Assembly: GCA_010093605.1 (NCBI GenBank) | Contig: MU004198.1 | Span: 746,726 to 810,725 of the forward strand | Origin: Lophium mytilinum | Taxonomy: Eukaryota | DNA length: 64,000 bases | Direction: 5' to 3' | In this document: piece after piece, positions 1 to 13,265 of the stretch | How the letters are laid out: each line of letters starts with the position of its first letter | How positions within the stretch are numbered: position 1 is the stretch's first letter | Translations under genes and position numbers: made by a program | Notes under the pieces: generated by a model | Seen by the model: only the letters and a program-made list of their open reading frames with translations | Database searches by the model: none | Told to the model about the DNA's origin: nothing

Positions 1-726
1 ATTGGACATTGTCGCCAAGACCTGACAACATCGATAGTCCAGGTCGATGGCTTGATAGTTGCTGAAATACCGTAACCTTGAATTGCAGATCTCTGGTATC
101 TTGGGGGTACCCATCGCATTTCCGGCCTGTACTGGTACACCTGTATGGGTTAGAAAGCTCATGATTGAAACACGAGTCATGCATAGCGTACCTGGAACAG
201 CAAGGTTTTTTTTCATCGCATTTGACGCGTCGGATCCTATCACTTGCAGATTAGCGGTTATTCTCTACGGACCTTGGCTGTCCCGGTATCTAGTTGCATT
301 AGAGATACCTACTTGCAGGTCAAACATCCCGTCCGCACTTTGCTACCGGCCCTGCGGGTCCTCTTTGGCAGCTCGACGCGGAATACATCTGATGATTCCG
401 TGACCATATCGATGAAGTCTCCAATGATGCTTTTGTCTTGATGCGTGCCATAGCTGTGGGAGTGGAATACTCAGGAGAAGTTCGGATAGGGTTGGAGAAG
501 AACCTTGGAGGTGTAAGAGCCTAATCTGACTAAGGTATAGCCTGGGATTCAAGTATCACGTGCTTGTTACGAGCGGCCCAATCATAATCGTCAGCAGAGT
601 ATGCATTCGAAATGCATGAACGGTACTGGGATGCTATTTGGTTGCAATGTAATTTGATACCACCAAAGGTCTCCATGCATCATAGTATGCAACTACGACC
701 ATATCGAAACATCTCCGAGTACGATT

Positions 727-3700
727 TTAGGAGCCAGCTCCATATTGCCGCATCAGTTCGATCGCCGCCGGATTTCCCCAGCGCTGGACTTCCTCAAAAA
801 TGGTTTTCTGACCAGGGCAGGTCGGAGGGTCGATATTAGCTCCTGCTTCGAGTAAGATGCGCATTACCGTCACACGTCTGGCCCTCAGAGCGAGTCTCAG
901 TGCAGTGTCGAAGGTATCAGATTGGGCATTTACATCGGCTCCGTAATCAAGTAGCAGTCTAGTAATGCGTTCTGCATCTTCAATCGTGAACTTGAACTGG
1001 CCTATACTTCCAGCGATGAGATGTAGAGCGAATCTAGGCGGTTGCCAGATATGGGGGTAGTCATCCTTGGGGCTTTCAGGTATGTTCGGATCAGCTCCTA
1101 GCTCCAGCAGGGTACGAACTACGGGTTCATTTCGGTCGGCTACCGCCCAATGCAATGGGGTACGGTTGAAATACTGGCCATGGATATCCGCACCAGCTTT
1201 TACTAATGTACGTACAACTTCTGGACGGCCAAGACACGCCAGAATCGGTATGGAGGACGCAATTTGGCTGTTTGGATCAGCGCCAAGATCAATAAGCTTG
1301 TTGATCCACTGGACATCACTCCCGAGATCTTGAACAGCAAAACCAAGGGCAAAATTTCGAGCTGCTGGCGATAATAGGTCGGGCGACCACCAAGTGGATA
1401 CTGACAGCCAGAGATTATGGCGGCAGATTACCTCGCACAGGATGAAGGTTCCGCAGTCCGGCGCCAGCTCGGAGGTTTCCTTGACGCATTTTCGACGATT
1501 CCAGAATTCATAGGGTTCTTGGCAGCGGATCATGGACAAAAGATACAGCTTCAAGAGGTGTATGAGTCGGCTATCTCGTACTTTTAGACCATTGCTGAAA
1601 TGAAGATGTTCTCCCCAGTAATATCTGCAATAATCTCGAATCTTCGTTCGTGAGCGAGGATCTTTCTCCCGTGCTTCGGACCTGTAACTCGCATGCGTGC
1701 ATGGCTTCCTCAAGATAGGTTCTTCCCACGGGATTAGGACAAGCATGCAAATTTTCGAGGCGAAATGAACGTGGTCTGCCTTTGGCCAAAATCCCAAAAA
1801 ATATTCTTGCGCAGACAGATGGCAGAAACGATAGACGTTTCCATCCAAGACCACGAGATTACGGCATGCGTCTAGAATAAACTTCCAACTGACGTCCGGA
1901 TCTGGAGTAGTAAACCCATCGGTCTCCGTATCCTGGCATACTACGGCAGCAAGGACGTCTAGTGTTGGCGGTTCGTAACAAGACGCGAGCCACTGGAGGG
2001 CCCTCAAAGCGACGTCTCGTTTGCTGTCGTCCAGCTCTTGTGTGTCGTTGTATATTTCGCGATACGCGTCCGGTAGACCTTCTGGAAGTTTGCGTAAACG
2101 GTCTTGGATGTCTTGAACTCGATAACTCTTTAGGAGTCGCTTTATTTGCAGGCTGGCATACTGGAACCTAGAACAATATGAGCCCGACAGAACTACCATA
2201 GCCACAAAGAAAAAGACTAAAACTCACATATCATGGGACTTTCGTATGATAGTGTCTTTTATGTCGTTTCGTAGTGAGCCAGCTACGATCTTCTGCCATT
2301 CTTCGTCACTTTTATCCATTACCTCGTCTAGAAACGTTGCGATATCGTTCTTGTTATCTTTGGCACTGATACCGATGTTTCCGGTCCTCCCAAGTCGTAT
2401 TTGGATATCTGTGTTCTCTCTACTCGCAATCAGAATCTTTAGAGGCCTGGTTGATCCATTGGCCAGAGCGTCTAGTACTCTCATGATTTTTAGTCGGGAC
2501 TCTTGTTCACATTCATCCAAAGCGTCTAGGATAAGAGTAACCGTTGAGAACGTGTTGATGACGTGGCTCAAAAGTTCTTGCGTTTCTTCCATTCGAGGGC
2601 CAGATTGGCTACATTCAACAGCGTCCCGGTCTTTTCTCTTCGTATATGCTTCTAAGATTACTCTTTGAATAGCGTGGCCGGATCGGCTGATAGATAGCTG
2701 TCGTAGTAGGCTATTCAAAACTGAGGCTGGGTCTCTCCTACTCTCTTCTGCATTGTTGCAATAGAAATACGCGAGTCTTTCATCTTCAGGCATCGCCTTT
2801 AGTTCTTCGATCGCATTTGCCACAACATTGGTTTTCCCCGCGCCAGCTAAAGAAAGCATTAGATCAAAATGTATCAACTAAGGCTTGGCTGAAGACTTAC
2901 GGATGCCGTGAAGCCAAAGTGTAGTACTTGCTGTTGATTCTCTCCACTCGCGGTACTCAGCTCGACTCAGAAACCATTTCCCAGTCCCTTTCGCTCGTTT
3001 TTCTTGTACATAGGAATGATGATCAGCATGAGGGACTACAGAAATCCAATCAAGGATTTTTTTGTTCTCATGGCGCTCGGATCGAGCCCACAGCAAAGAA
3101 ACCTGCTCTTGTACGACGGCTATAGGCTTGGCCAGCTCATCCAGTTGCATTTGAACCCTTTGCTGGTGATCAGCTGTGCAAGTTCCGTGGTAAATCCTAG
3201 CCTCAATATCAACGTCCTGGGTGGCTTGTCGAAGCTTGTCGATAAGATCCGTGATCTTGTCTGAGTTGAGCATTGCATGAGCTGCTCTAGCGACAGTGCG
3301 GCGGTCATAAAGTAACAACGTTGCAGCAATAAAGCGAAGAGTCTCGTAATATGAGTTAACGAGACAATTCAGGAGGTTTGCTCTGGCCTGATCTGAAGAT
3401 CTGCTCATGCCGTCAAGGTAACTGCTTTCGTAAACCTTGCATCGATTCACAAGCATGCATACTATCTCTAAACCGATGAGCAGGTAGCCTGCTTGCTCGC
3501 TCTCGACGACAACAGTCTATTTTAGAGTTAGTAAATATCTCAGTGAGAAGAAGCTCATGCAAGCTCACCTGAAGTAGAAATCGGACGGCAGCCCATGGTA
3601 GAGCTACATGGACAGGATCACAAGTGGCGGCGAGGTCGCCAACGGCTTTCAGTTTCTGGACATAGCCGATGATGCTATCGGCTACATTTCGCAACACAAA

Positions 3701-4156
3701 TTCTTTACCGCCAAATGTGACTTTCCATTGTGATTGCTCGCTCTTAATTTTCTTATCCGTCGCAATTCGGCAAAGCTGATCAAGCTGCTGTACTACTGAC
3801 TCGTTGGATTGAGATTGAGGTGAGCGATATTGAGAGATGATCTCCTGTTCACGGTCCGATAGTTTTTGAATAGCGCGATCCCAGAGATTGGACGGGTTCA
3901 AGATGCCGCCTGGAATTCCGGACTGCGGAGCACTGGGCTGGTTCTGGAGAGTTGTCTCTTCGACACAGATAGCTGATGCTTTGGATTGTTCTGGGGGAGC
4001 TGATACGGCGACGCTGGATTTTGGAGGAGAAGAGGAACGTCTTCGAGCGGGGGCTGGGAGGAGTCCGGCGGGTGTGGCTGTTCTGTCGTGGCGTTCCTCC
4101 GCGGACCTCGATTTTCCTCTCCCGAACCACCAACATCGTCTTCGTCCATCAACCAT
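727..4156 (-). CDS. NLR-like protein: helical N-terminal domain + NACHT NTPase + ankyrin repeats (4 exons)
   Basis: GT-AG introns at 3517-3568, 2847-2900 and 2168-2227 join four ORFs. Splicing restores Walker A (WLHGIPGAGKT). Walker B is ILDALDEC, followed by MFQYASLQI and FCHLSAQEYF. C-terminal ankyrins include TPLHWAVA..GADPN and TALRLAL..GANID. The N-terminal ALPWAAVRFLLQ motif is typical of fungal NACHT N-terminal domains. Confidence 0.92.
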
Positions 4157-5770
4157 CTTTACTGCGCTTATCAACACGTCTTGTTAGGCTTTGATCTTGA
4201 ATCTCAACTCGCAAAGGATTGATTTTTCTGCGCAGAGTAGCAACTCTGCGGCACTTCACAAGCTCTGAGGGGTAGTCGCACATAGGGGCACGAGGAGGCA
4301 TTGCCAACTCAGCGCGTACGACTGGATGCAACGAGACACTAACGTTCGTTGCCTACCGTGGAAGGAGCGAAACGATGTTGCATAGGACTGTCATACTCCC
4401 ACAAGCGCTGCATCGGATCCGTTGCATTCACGAATAGCTGATAGGCAATTTCGAAAGGGCCCCTCTTACGAACTCAGATTGAAAACCTCATCATTGGATT
4501 CTGGTGTAGGACAGAGTAACCATGTGCTAGACCTAAAGACTCTCAGGGATGCGACTTTACCCGGTAGTATCCCCCCCTCAGGCGCATTTCGAGGCCACGT
4601 CAATCAATATCGGAGGTAGATGTATTTCACATTGTTCGCTGTGTTGATAAGCACAATAGTCGTGGCTTAATCTGTCTTGCGGTAATGGGCTATAATATGT
4701 TATTGAGTACGAATCAGCCGAGTCGAGCCAATCGTTTCCTGGGTGCGAGGACGGTACTACAGCGTCCCGCAGGCTCTCAAACAGTTTTTTGCCTTCATTT
4801 ATTCATCTCGATACAAATTGAATCGCTATGTCGCTCATTATACTGCTCCCTTGAAGTCTTGGAAATGCTATACTCTTTTTCAATATACCATCATCTCTAT
4901 ATTTCTCCAACGGTTTTCGGGAGCTCCTCAATCACGGTTCTTGACGGTCCGACTTTCTCCAGGCAATCGGGCCTCAACTTTAGCCACAAAGAATGCCGCT
5001 ATACTCATTTATTCTATGTTTAAAAAAGAGACAACTGGAAAAGAGTGTCAAACATCACTCGATATGGTAAGAGCTGGGTAGTAGGACTTCGACGAGAACC
5101 TTCATGACCAATGAGCAAGGATATGTTTGGACGGAAAGGAAGAGCTGCACACGAATTATTGATCGGCAGTCTGAAAGAATGTCGGTAACTCGTTCCCATC
5201 CACGCGTATGAAATGGGGAACTCCTCAGTCGGCGCTCTGTGGCCCGCAGAACTGGAAATCAAGATGGCAAACATCGATATGAGACCGGCCTTAGGACAAA
5301 TCATGGCGTAAACAACAAGGCAAACGTGGAGCAAGCATCTCGAAAGCTATATCTGGGCCGATGGAGCCCTTGTTGGACTCCTGACACGATTCTCAGACGG
5401 AGGTGAGGGTCGATCTGGTATAAACAAAACACCGAAATAGTTTACTGCTTGCACAATGCACCAGAACCCCTACGAAGACCCCCGCTGGGAAGTTCCCTGC
5501 CCCGTCAAACCTACCGGTGCCATCGCCGTCCCCGTTACCTGGAGAACTCAGATTCACTGGAAAAGAGCAGATTTTGGAAAGAGAGAGGCATATAAATACC
5601 CCTTTCTACCGCAGGACCACCAGGACATCTTTCCTAACACTCACAAACACCACCACACCCACCACTACACCTATCACAACGCCCAACCTAGTCTCAACTT
5701 TGTCTGTGACATTTCGGTCCTCCCACTGAGACCACAACCACTCTTCCAGATCAACGTGCTCAACAGCAAC

Positions 5771-8014
5771 ATGTTCGGCCAAGGCTCCTCGAATAACTCA
5801 AACAATGGCCGCATAAATGAGCGTATGCCAGGACAGTGGACCTCGTTCAACCATAGCTTCCACCAGCCACAGGAAACGGAGGACACGGGTCGGAATGCAG
5901 CTTCCAGCAATGATGATTCGGGGTTTCAGAACTATCAGGACGCTCATACTAGCGGCGGGCTCATGTTTGCTGGAAGCAATCAGGCCCAGGGAATGGCCAA
6001 CCTTACTGGCACTATAGGCCCTGAGCATGGATTCCTCGATCATGGGATTGCGGGTGGTTACGTTGAGCGAGGTCAGCGGGTTGGAGGCTCTACAGCTGGG
6101 GAGGGGTTTGGGGGAATGCGTATGGGGGTGGGACTCTTTGGCAGACCCACACGACCTCGCGGAGCAGCCAGACAACCCGGTTTGGGAGATGTCGCGGAGG
6201 AAGATGCCATTCCTGAGCATCAGAGCAGTGGCGGTATGTTAGGCTCGAGGCCAGATTTGAACTCGTCTGCCCAGTATCAGAGACACGAACCCAGCTTGGT
6301 CAGCGAGGGTTACGAGGGATCCCAACGAACCGGTATCTTTGCTGATAGGAGACGGCCTTATCATCTCGCGAACAGCGAAATGACGCGTCCTAGAGTTTCG
6401 CTGGCTCGAAGACGCACGGCTAATGAATCATCTCAGGGCCAGGGACCTCGAAATACTGGCGCACCCAATGCGGCCGTGACCATCAATGCTAGTTCTGTCA
6501 ACGGGAACACGATCAATGTCTCGCCACCCAGCAATTCGAACACTACTGACAATTCCGGTGGCGTTAGGCTCAGCTACCGCACTGAGAACAGGCGGCGAAG
6601 AAGGTCGTCAACTCCTCCTGAGGTTGAGGGCCTTCGAACTTCCTCCTCCGAAGTGGCCGTTGAAACCCCCCAACGGCCAGCACGACGCGCGCGATACTCT
6701 TCACCGACTGTGGACCATGTCTTACAACCCCAGTCCCGTCCTGCGAGCCAGCCCGCGCCCATTCTCAGGCCTTTTGCACCAACCCGCGTACGACCAGATC
6801 CGCCGACAACAACTGAAGTCCCTCGCCAGAGTGCCACTTCGGCGGCCTTGCTCTCCGTGTTGGACACCCCTCGACCCGTTCATCAGCCGAGCGCAACGTC
6901 TCGCGTCCTAGAATCTATCCTCAACACACACATACCCACAGCACCAGGCGCAACACCAATACGCTGGGCCGCTTCTATCCCCGGCGTGCCAGAACACCGC
7001 CCCACCGCCGACGAATTCGTCGAGATGCACCGCCGACAAGAGCTATGGGCCTCCGGAAACCCCGTGCGAACCCCCTTCACCCGCCACGAGCTCCACAATC
7101 GCCGCATGCAGAACATGGAATACTGGCGCATCGAGCAGCACCAAGAACAATTCGTCAACCGGCCCCCAGTCCCACCCATAGTGACCGAAGAGCGCCGTGG
7201 CCGCCGAGTCCCCATCCTCCAGACCCAGCCTCTCGTCCAACCTAGTCCCAACTACCGCTTCCCGCGGATGGGACCCCGCTTGACAGCCGCTCAGATGCGT
7301 CCCCACCGCCCTGAGGGATGGACCCGCCCGCGCGTCATCAATCTCCGGAACGAGACTCCATACGACCGTATGGAGTTCTACGAGAACGAGCGACGTGCAA
7401 AAGAAGACAAAGACCGTCGTCGGCTGGAGGCGCAGCAGCCAGGTCTGCGACCTCCGCCGAATCTTCTGCCGGATACGCCGGAGGGGTTCGCGAATCTGAG
7501 GTGGGCGGTGGAGCAAGGTTCCAGAGAGAACGTGACGATGCAGTTACTTGAGCAGGTCCGTGCGAGGGAGGAGGCGAACAGGGCGAGCTTTTCAGGGGCG
7601 TTCGAGACGTTCCGCCGGAAAATGGAAGCGGAGACGAAGCTGGAGAGGGATGAGGAGCGGACGGCGGAGAGGCATGCGAGCTTGCATAGGGATGAGGATG
7701 TGGCGTTGGCGAGGGATTTGCGGGAGCAGCGTGCGTTGCAGAACGCTGCAAGTGGCGCGGAAGCGCTGGAGGAGTTGAGGCTGGAGGCGTCGATGGTTTG
7801 GTGGGAGGCGGCGGAGACGGCGAGAGAGAGAGAGGCGAGGAGGACGGGGTGGATTAGAGTGGCGGCTGATGCTGCGAGGGCGGCGAGTGAGAGGATCGTG
7901 GAGAGATCCGCGAGGAATAGGATGAATCAGTTGGAAGCGGAGAGACGGGAGAGGGCACGCCGCACTATCGAGGCGTACGAGCGGAGATCGAGAGCGGCGA
8001 ATTGTCAGGGCTAG
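5771..8014 (+). CDS. Orphan low-complexity protein with R/E/A-rich C-terminal coiled coil
   Basis: Uninterrupted 2.2 kb ORF. TATAAATA at 5591-5598 suggests the start is ATG 5771 (MFGQG) rather than 5456. No domain recognised. Confidence 0.75.
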   Translation: MFGQGSSNNSNNGRINERMPGQWTSFNHSFHQPQETEDTGRNAASSNDDSGFQNYQDAHTSGGLMFAGSNQAQGMANLTGTIGPEHGFLDHGIAGGYVERGQRVGGSTAGEGFGGMRMGVGLFGRPTRPRGAARQPGLGDVAEEDAIPEHQSSGGMLGSRPDLNSSAQYQRHEPSLVSEGYEGSQRTGIFADRRRPYHLANSEMTRPRVSLARRRTANESSQGQGPRNTGAPNAAVTINASSVNGNTINVSPPSNSNTTDNSGGVRLSYRTENRRRRRSSTPPEVEGLRTSSSEVAVETPQRPARRARYSSPTVDHVLQPQSRPASQPAPILRPFAPTRVRPDPPTTTEVPRQSATSAALLSVLDTPRPVHQPSATSRVLESILNTHIPTAPGATPIRWAASIPGVPEHRPTADEFVEMHRRQELWASGNPVRTPFTRHELHNRRMQNMEYWRIEQHQEQFVNRPPVPPIVTEERRGRRVPILQTQPLVQPSPNYRFPRMGPRLTAAQMRPHRPEGWTRPRVINLRNETPYDRMEFYENERRAKEDKDRRRLEAQQPGLRPPPNLLPDTPEGFANLRWAVEQGSRENVTMQLLEQVRAREEANRASFSGAFETFRRKMEAETKLERDEERTAERHASLHRDEDVALARDLREQRALQNAASGAEALEELRLEASMVWWEAAETAREREARRTGWIRVAADAARAASERIVERSARNRMNQLEAERRERARRTIEAYERRSRAANCQG

Positions 8015-8416
8015 GGGCCAGAGTGAGGATGTAATCGACAAGATACATTGAGACATCTCGAAAATACCGTGATATCCTTACGGTTTGGAGTTTATTCGTA
8101 CGGACAAGAGCTGTAATTAGATTGAGAGAGGCTCACACTGCTATTCCTAGATCATTTTATGATAATGGTATCTCTATTACTTCAGTTACACGGAATACTG
8201 CCACATATGTCACGAGTAGTAGAATTAAAAGAGACTTAATTCTTATACACATGCAGAGACAATGACAGGATTGATACATGCAGGAGTATATCAGTGATTA
8301 CATACCGGAGAGGTGGTACAATCTACTGGTCGACCTTTTGCGTCTTGAGAGCCGTTGAACCCATGAACATTTGAAACTTACAAAATATGCTATTCATTAC
8401 TCTTTCCCCCCTTCCC

Positions 8417-10518
8417 TCAACAAGCATCCGACATGTCTACCAATATCTCCGCCCTCCTCTCCAATACCGACCTTCTCCTCGACGTCGTCGTAGTCACCAC
8501 CGCACTCACCCCCCCAATATTACTCTTCGCCTGCACACTCGCCGGCTTCTTCGTACTCCTCGCACTATACGTCCACGTCCCCGGATTCGTCCCCTTCAGC
8601 ATTACCAACTGCGTCGTGCCCCCTAGAACCAATGTCCTCGCCGTATTGCTCCCATCCACGACATTCGAGTGCGCAGTAACCGCAATCGTACCCCCTTGAC
8701 TCGACGCCCACGTGTACTTATCAAGGACCACGACGTCAAGCTTGTTCGGGTCTACTTTAATCGCTACTGTAGCGGTGCTAGAGACGCTAGAGTCAGATTT
8801 TAGGGAGATTTTGAGAAAGAAGGTGGAGGTTGTTATGGCGGTGACGGCAGGCGCGGTGAAGCTAGCTGAGGGCTTATCAGCGCCTGTGAGGGTGACTGTG
8901 GGCGAGTCGGCGGTCTGGGTCCAGGCGAAGTTGAGGTCGGCGTTGGTGAAGTCGGCTTCGGTGTTGGAGCCGACGAGGGTGACGAGGGCGCCTTTGCGGA
9001 CGTCGGCAACTGTGTTGACTTTGGCGATGGGTGTTGCGACGGGAGTTGGGTTAGTGGTGCAGGTGGACGGGGTGGCTGCTGGTGGAGAAGCACCTGGACA
9101 CGGAGGTAAGCATATATACAAGCGCATGGTATTTTGATATATTTCTTACCGGGTAATGGGCTCAGTTGACCATAGTAGTTTCCATCATCGTTGATGCCGT
9201 TGACCAAAGCCGGGATCTTCGTGAAATCAAATGGCGGTTGTTCGACACCAGGCACGTTTGGTTCTGGGAAGACCCATTCCGTGACTGGCTGCACGTATTG
9301 GCTGGCGACGATTCCATTCTTTGTTGTTACTTGAGGCGTATTGGCAGTAACACGGTACTCCCTTGTATATTTCGATAGAGTCGTCGAGTCTGCGCGGAAG
9401 ATCCATTTGCCACGAAGGTCACCAGCTTTTGGGATTGCATTCCCAATAACTCTTTCGGTGATATCGCCGGTACAGGGATCAACATCGATTGCGTTAATGG
9501 TAACGGACACTCCAGAGGACGTGAAGTCAGATAGGTAGCCGATGAACCTGGTATCCGCAAATTCTGCGGCAGGGTTGTTGTCAAAAACACCGATGAGGGC
9601 GACTTCAACTCTGATGTAATTTGGCACGGTATCGGAGGCTGTCGTAGTGATCTGGACGTTGGGCGCAACGATACTGTACACGAGCATCTCGCCGTTTGGA
9701 AGTTTAATGCCACTAAACTCAATGAAGTCACCCACGATGAATGGAGCCATAACGAGAGGATCAGGGGCCTCGCTACAATACGGTGAGCAAGCATCTCTGC
9801 CTAGGTGTGCCATGGTCTATTTACAAGCTCAATTGCCCAGCAGGGCGATTGGAGGAAGGGCATTTCGGATCGTCGCTAGACCGGGGAACGCACATGAGAA
9901 ATCCGGAAAAGGCAGTGATGCTTGGGTTCCCATCATCGGCAGTAAATAGCTCGTTGCCAGAAGTACCCTTCGAGTAGACGCCGTTTGGATCATTGATTCG
10001 AACTGTAGGACCTCCGAGAATCGACAAGGTCCCGGATGCGGTGTCTACGGCCGAGATGTAGCCTTGGCCAAACTTCAGAAGCAGTTGCGACACTTGAATC
10101 TGTCCAGCAATCGCCTTTCCATTGACCTGTGGCGAAATCAGTTTACTGCATGAGACTATCGTTTCAACTTGAACCTAGTATATTTCCGGCGACGGAGACT
10201 TCGTAGCCGCTCAGACTTGCTGCAACCAATTTGGGAAAGGGAACCCATGTTGCCGGGAATTGAGCGATTAAGTTCTTGGGAACGGTCACCGTGAAGCCGT
10301 TCACGGAGATCGTCCCTCCGGAGTTGTAGTCTGATGTATCGACGCTTCCGGGACTGTGGAAAATTAGCATAGCATTGCATCGGATCGTTTCTGTCTGGTT
10401 CATACCCATCAAGTACACCATTAACCAAGAATGGTGATATATTAGGGATTGGCGTCCCTGCCAAGACGAGAGATAGAAATGACACCAAGGGTACTATAAT
10501 GGAGAGTTGAAAGTGCAT
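8417..10518 (-). CDS. Secreted beta-rich protein with C-terminal PKD/Ig-like domain; one splice donor looks defective
   Basis: Signal peptide MHFQLSIIVPLVSFLSLVLAG. GT-AG introns at 10354-10405, 9773-9824 and 9094-9149. PKD-like segment LVTLVGS..LNFAWTQTADSPTVTLTGADKPSASFTAP. The intron ending at 10127 has no in-phase GT donor. Confidence 0.75.
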
Positions 10519-10735
10519 CTTGTCCTGTGGCACACGTAGTCCGGCTGCTCAGAGTCAAGCTTTTACTGTTCACAGCGGCATATTTAGGCCTTTTATAGTA
10601 CGAGACCCGAATCAACTGAACCACTGACCCACATAAGCCTTCAAAGCCCTAAGCTCAGCTCCGGAAACACATAGTCGATGGTTGGATGAGACGAGCGAGG
10701 TGATCTCGATTTGGATCGGGGATCCATTCGGAGTT

Positions 10736-11300
10736 CTAGCCGCTACCATCCTTCAAAATGGAGGCGAGGATTACCAAAACGCTGTCGATTCCAATATTTC
10801 CAAGAGATTCTGCATGTAGGGCTATTGGTGATATTGTCATATGGACCCAGGCGCATGGACTGGATGCTATCCTCTCGGTCTTGGCACTCAGGCGGATGCG
10901 ATCATAATCATTTTTCGCCAGGGTTTCTATGGCACGTATTTGAGTATAGAGTACCAAGGCTGCGGCTTGGTGGAACTCTTTGTCTTGGTCGTCTTGGAGC
11001 CAAGCGCGGAGACGAGCTGATAATCTGTTGGACCTCTTCCGAGAAACCCAGCGACTCAGCTGTAGGAAGGGCTCCACCGTTCCAGCCTCAGCATGGAGAG
11101 AGCCGAAAGTCCTAAGGAGGCGTTAGAGATAGCCGATACCTGGCAAATGAAGTCGCGGACGAAGTCTGTCCTTTTCAGCGCCGAGGAGAACTTCAAATTC
11201 ATGGTAGCGGTCTCCTTCCCGGGAGATCAGGCACCCGCTGCAACAAACCTCGGAGAGAATAGTAAGATCAAGCCGTGCTCAGATCTTCCAATGCTGGGAA
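10736..11300 (-). pseudogene. Degenerate coding relic of unknown family
   Basis: Protein-like frame (RLRAWLQDDQDKEFHQAAALVLYTQIRAIETLA) continues upstream through in-frame TAA at 11123-11125 and TGA at 11279-11281. Confidence 0.3.
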
Positions 11301-12445
11301 TCCGGACACGAGCACGGGAAGGTGCAGTGTAACGCGGCCAAGATCGAACACAATGACAGACGGAGAGGGGAAAAGAAGTACTATTTTTGAAAATTTCTGA
11401 ACTGACGTTCCGGGAATGAATACCAGCGACTCTTTCTAGCGTAGACTTTAGAAGGAGCTGCAGCCTTCTCGGGATGATCCCACAAGTGACGAATGAGAAG
11501 AGAGGTGTTACAGTACCCGGAGCGTCGCGCATGACACGAGGGAAGGCTAAGGATCTAGAACATGCCAGCTGAACGCGGAAAGGAATGAAAACCACGCACA
11601 ATGCGGGACGCCATAGCGATACTCGTGGCAAGCCAAGATATATTAGGACGCGAGATGGGCTGAAGGTAACTTTGTGGGGGGAGAATGGATGGGAGGATGG
11701 AGTTCGGGAGACGCGCTGGATCACGGCATGGCGTGGAGGCGCGCTAAGCTAGATATAGTAACGTGGGATTTGTGAGTCGACAGCTGCTATGTGGCTTTCA
11801 TTCACAACTATCTTTTCGCCTACAGCGAGCATGCGTAGAACACTAGACCGTTACCACATATATGGAGCCGGTTGTGGGTTTGGTGTTTTCTTTTCGTGCT
11901 GGAAGTGTGATCACGATTCCACATCGTTCTATAACTACGCAGTTTACTCAGCCTCACATGTTGGTCATGGGCAAACCAGCCTATTACTTATCTTCAGGTG
12001 GACCTTAAGAAGGAAACCTTATGTAGGAGGAGGTATATGCTTTCTGCGTCGTTTCTTAAGATATCATAGAATATTTGTTAGGCGTCTAACGAGCGCATAG
12101 AGATTATAAGTTCCATTGCACTCTCCAATACCTGAGCTTCTACGAGCGAGGATCGCTATAAGTCCCGCTGATTTTCTCTATATGGCAATTGTCCGGATCT
12201 TCTTGTCATCTAAGTACTTCCAGTCCTGCTGAGTTCTCGTCTGGTGTCTATTTGCATTCGCTGCTTCCTCTGCTCACCTGCCGTACCCAGCATTCTACGA
12301 TTCTTTTGCCAGGTTGATTTTCTTGTGCCATTGAGTAGCTCTGAGTCACAGACAATGAGCTGTGTTCATGTTGGTTTGAAAAAGCGATAACATTGTCTAT
12401 CTATTTCATGCGATGATCAAACACACGCAACCAAAGCATCTCATC

Positions 12446-12703
12446 TCAGCCTTGCAATTTCTTCAACGCGGCCTGCACCTCCTGCATCTGCGCCTTCAAC
12501 TTCTCCACCTCGTCTTCTAAAGCCAACGCCTTCGAGAACGCTATTTGCTCCATAGACTGACCACGTCCCTGACCTCCTTCCTCGCCCGGACTTCCCACTT
12601 TGCATCTCATTAGCCTAACTCTGGGTATAGTATTCGAGAGACGTGTTGAGCTCATACATTCGCTACCACTTCCTTCTTTCTCATAGTCGTCTTCGTAGCC
12701 CAT
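12446..12703 (-). CDS. Small coiled-coil protein
   Basis: ATG-started ORF ending in the heptad segment LALEDEVEKLKAQMQEVQAALKKLQG. It probably contains an internal GTATGA..CTAAT..AG intron. Confidence 0.5.
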   Translation of the reverse strand: MGYEDDYEKEGSGSECMSSTRLSNTIPRVRLMRCKVGSPGEEGGQGRGQSMEQIAFSKALALEDEVEKLKAQMQEVQAALKKLQG

Positions 12704-13265
12704 TCTGAGATGTGTGGTTTGGAATAGGGCCTGATAGGAAGATTCAGTGTGCGATGGTGGTTTGGGATGAAATTCAAGGGTTTGGAAACTGGAAGGTGAC
12801 TGTAATGGAGGAGGTGTATGGCGACGGGCCCAGCGCTTTATGGCTAAAGAGCGCTCAACGCTTCCCGCGGAGGATAGGTCCCATTTCGTATTGATTTTTC
12901 AGCCAGCTACTAACAGCATCCCGTGTTGATTTTCAGCTCACGGGGCGATCAACACCGCTTTCACAGACTCCAAGCCGATCTTTTGGCCTCAAACTGCTGT
13001 CCGATTGCATCATAGACACCCTTGCGTCGTCATGCTTTGGTAGACGCTAACGTTTAAGATCTACAGGCCTATGAGAGTTGACTGTGGCTGCTGTGACCCA
13101 ACCAGAAGTCACGCATCATCGCCTATCTTCAAGCCATTTGACAGCGAATGCAGTCTAAAGTAAAAAGAGACCCAATCTATTAGTATACATATCCCAATGA
13201 TAACCAAAACATGATCGAAGTATTTCATTTGTCGACGTCTCCATCATTAGGCCTTGCGTCATGAT

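Noticed and set aside
4685..5420. Possible gene between the NLR and the orphan
   Set aside because: Only short interrupted frames with no recognisable motif. It may be a relic but cannot be supported.
5456..5770. N-terminal 105 codons of the 852-aa ORF
   Set aside because: Contains a TATA box and CA-rich leader-like sequence, so it is more likely promoter and 5' UTR.
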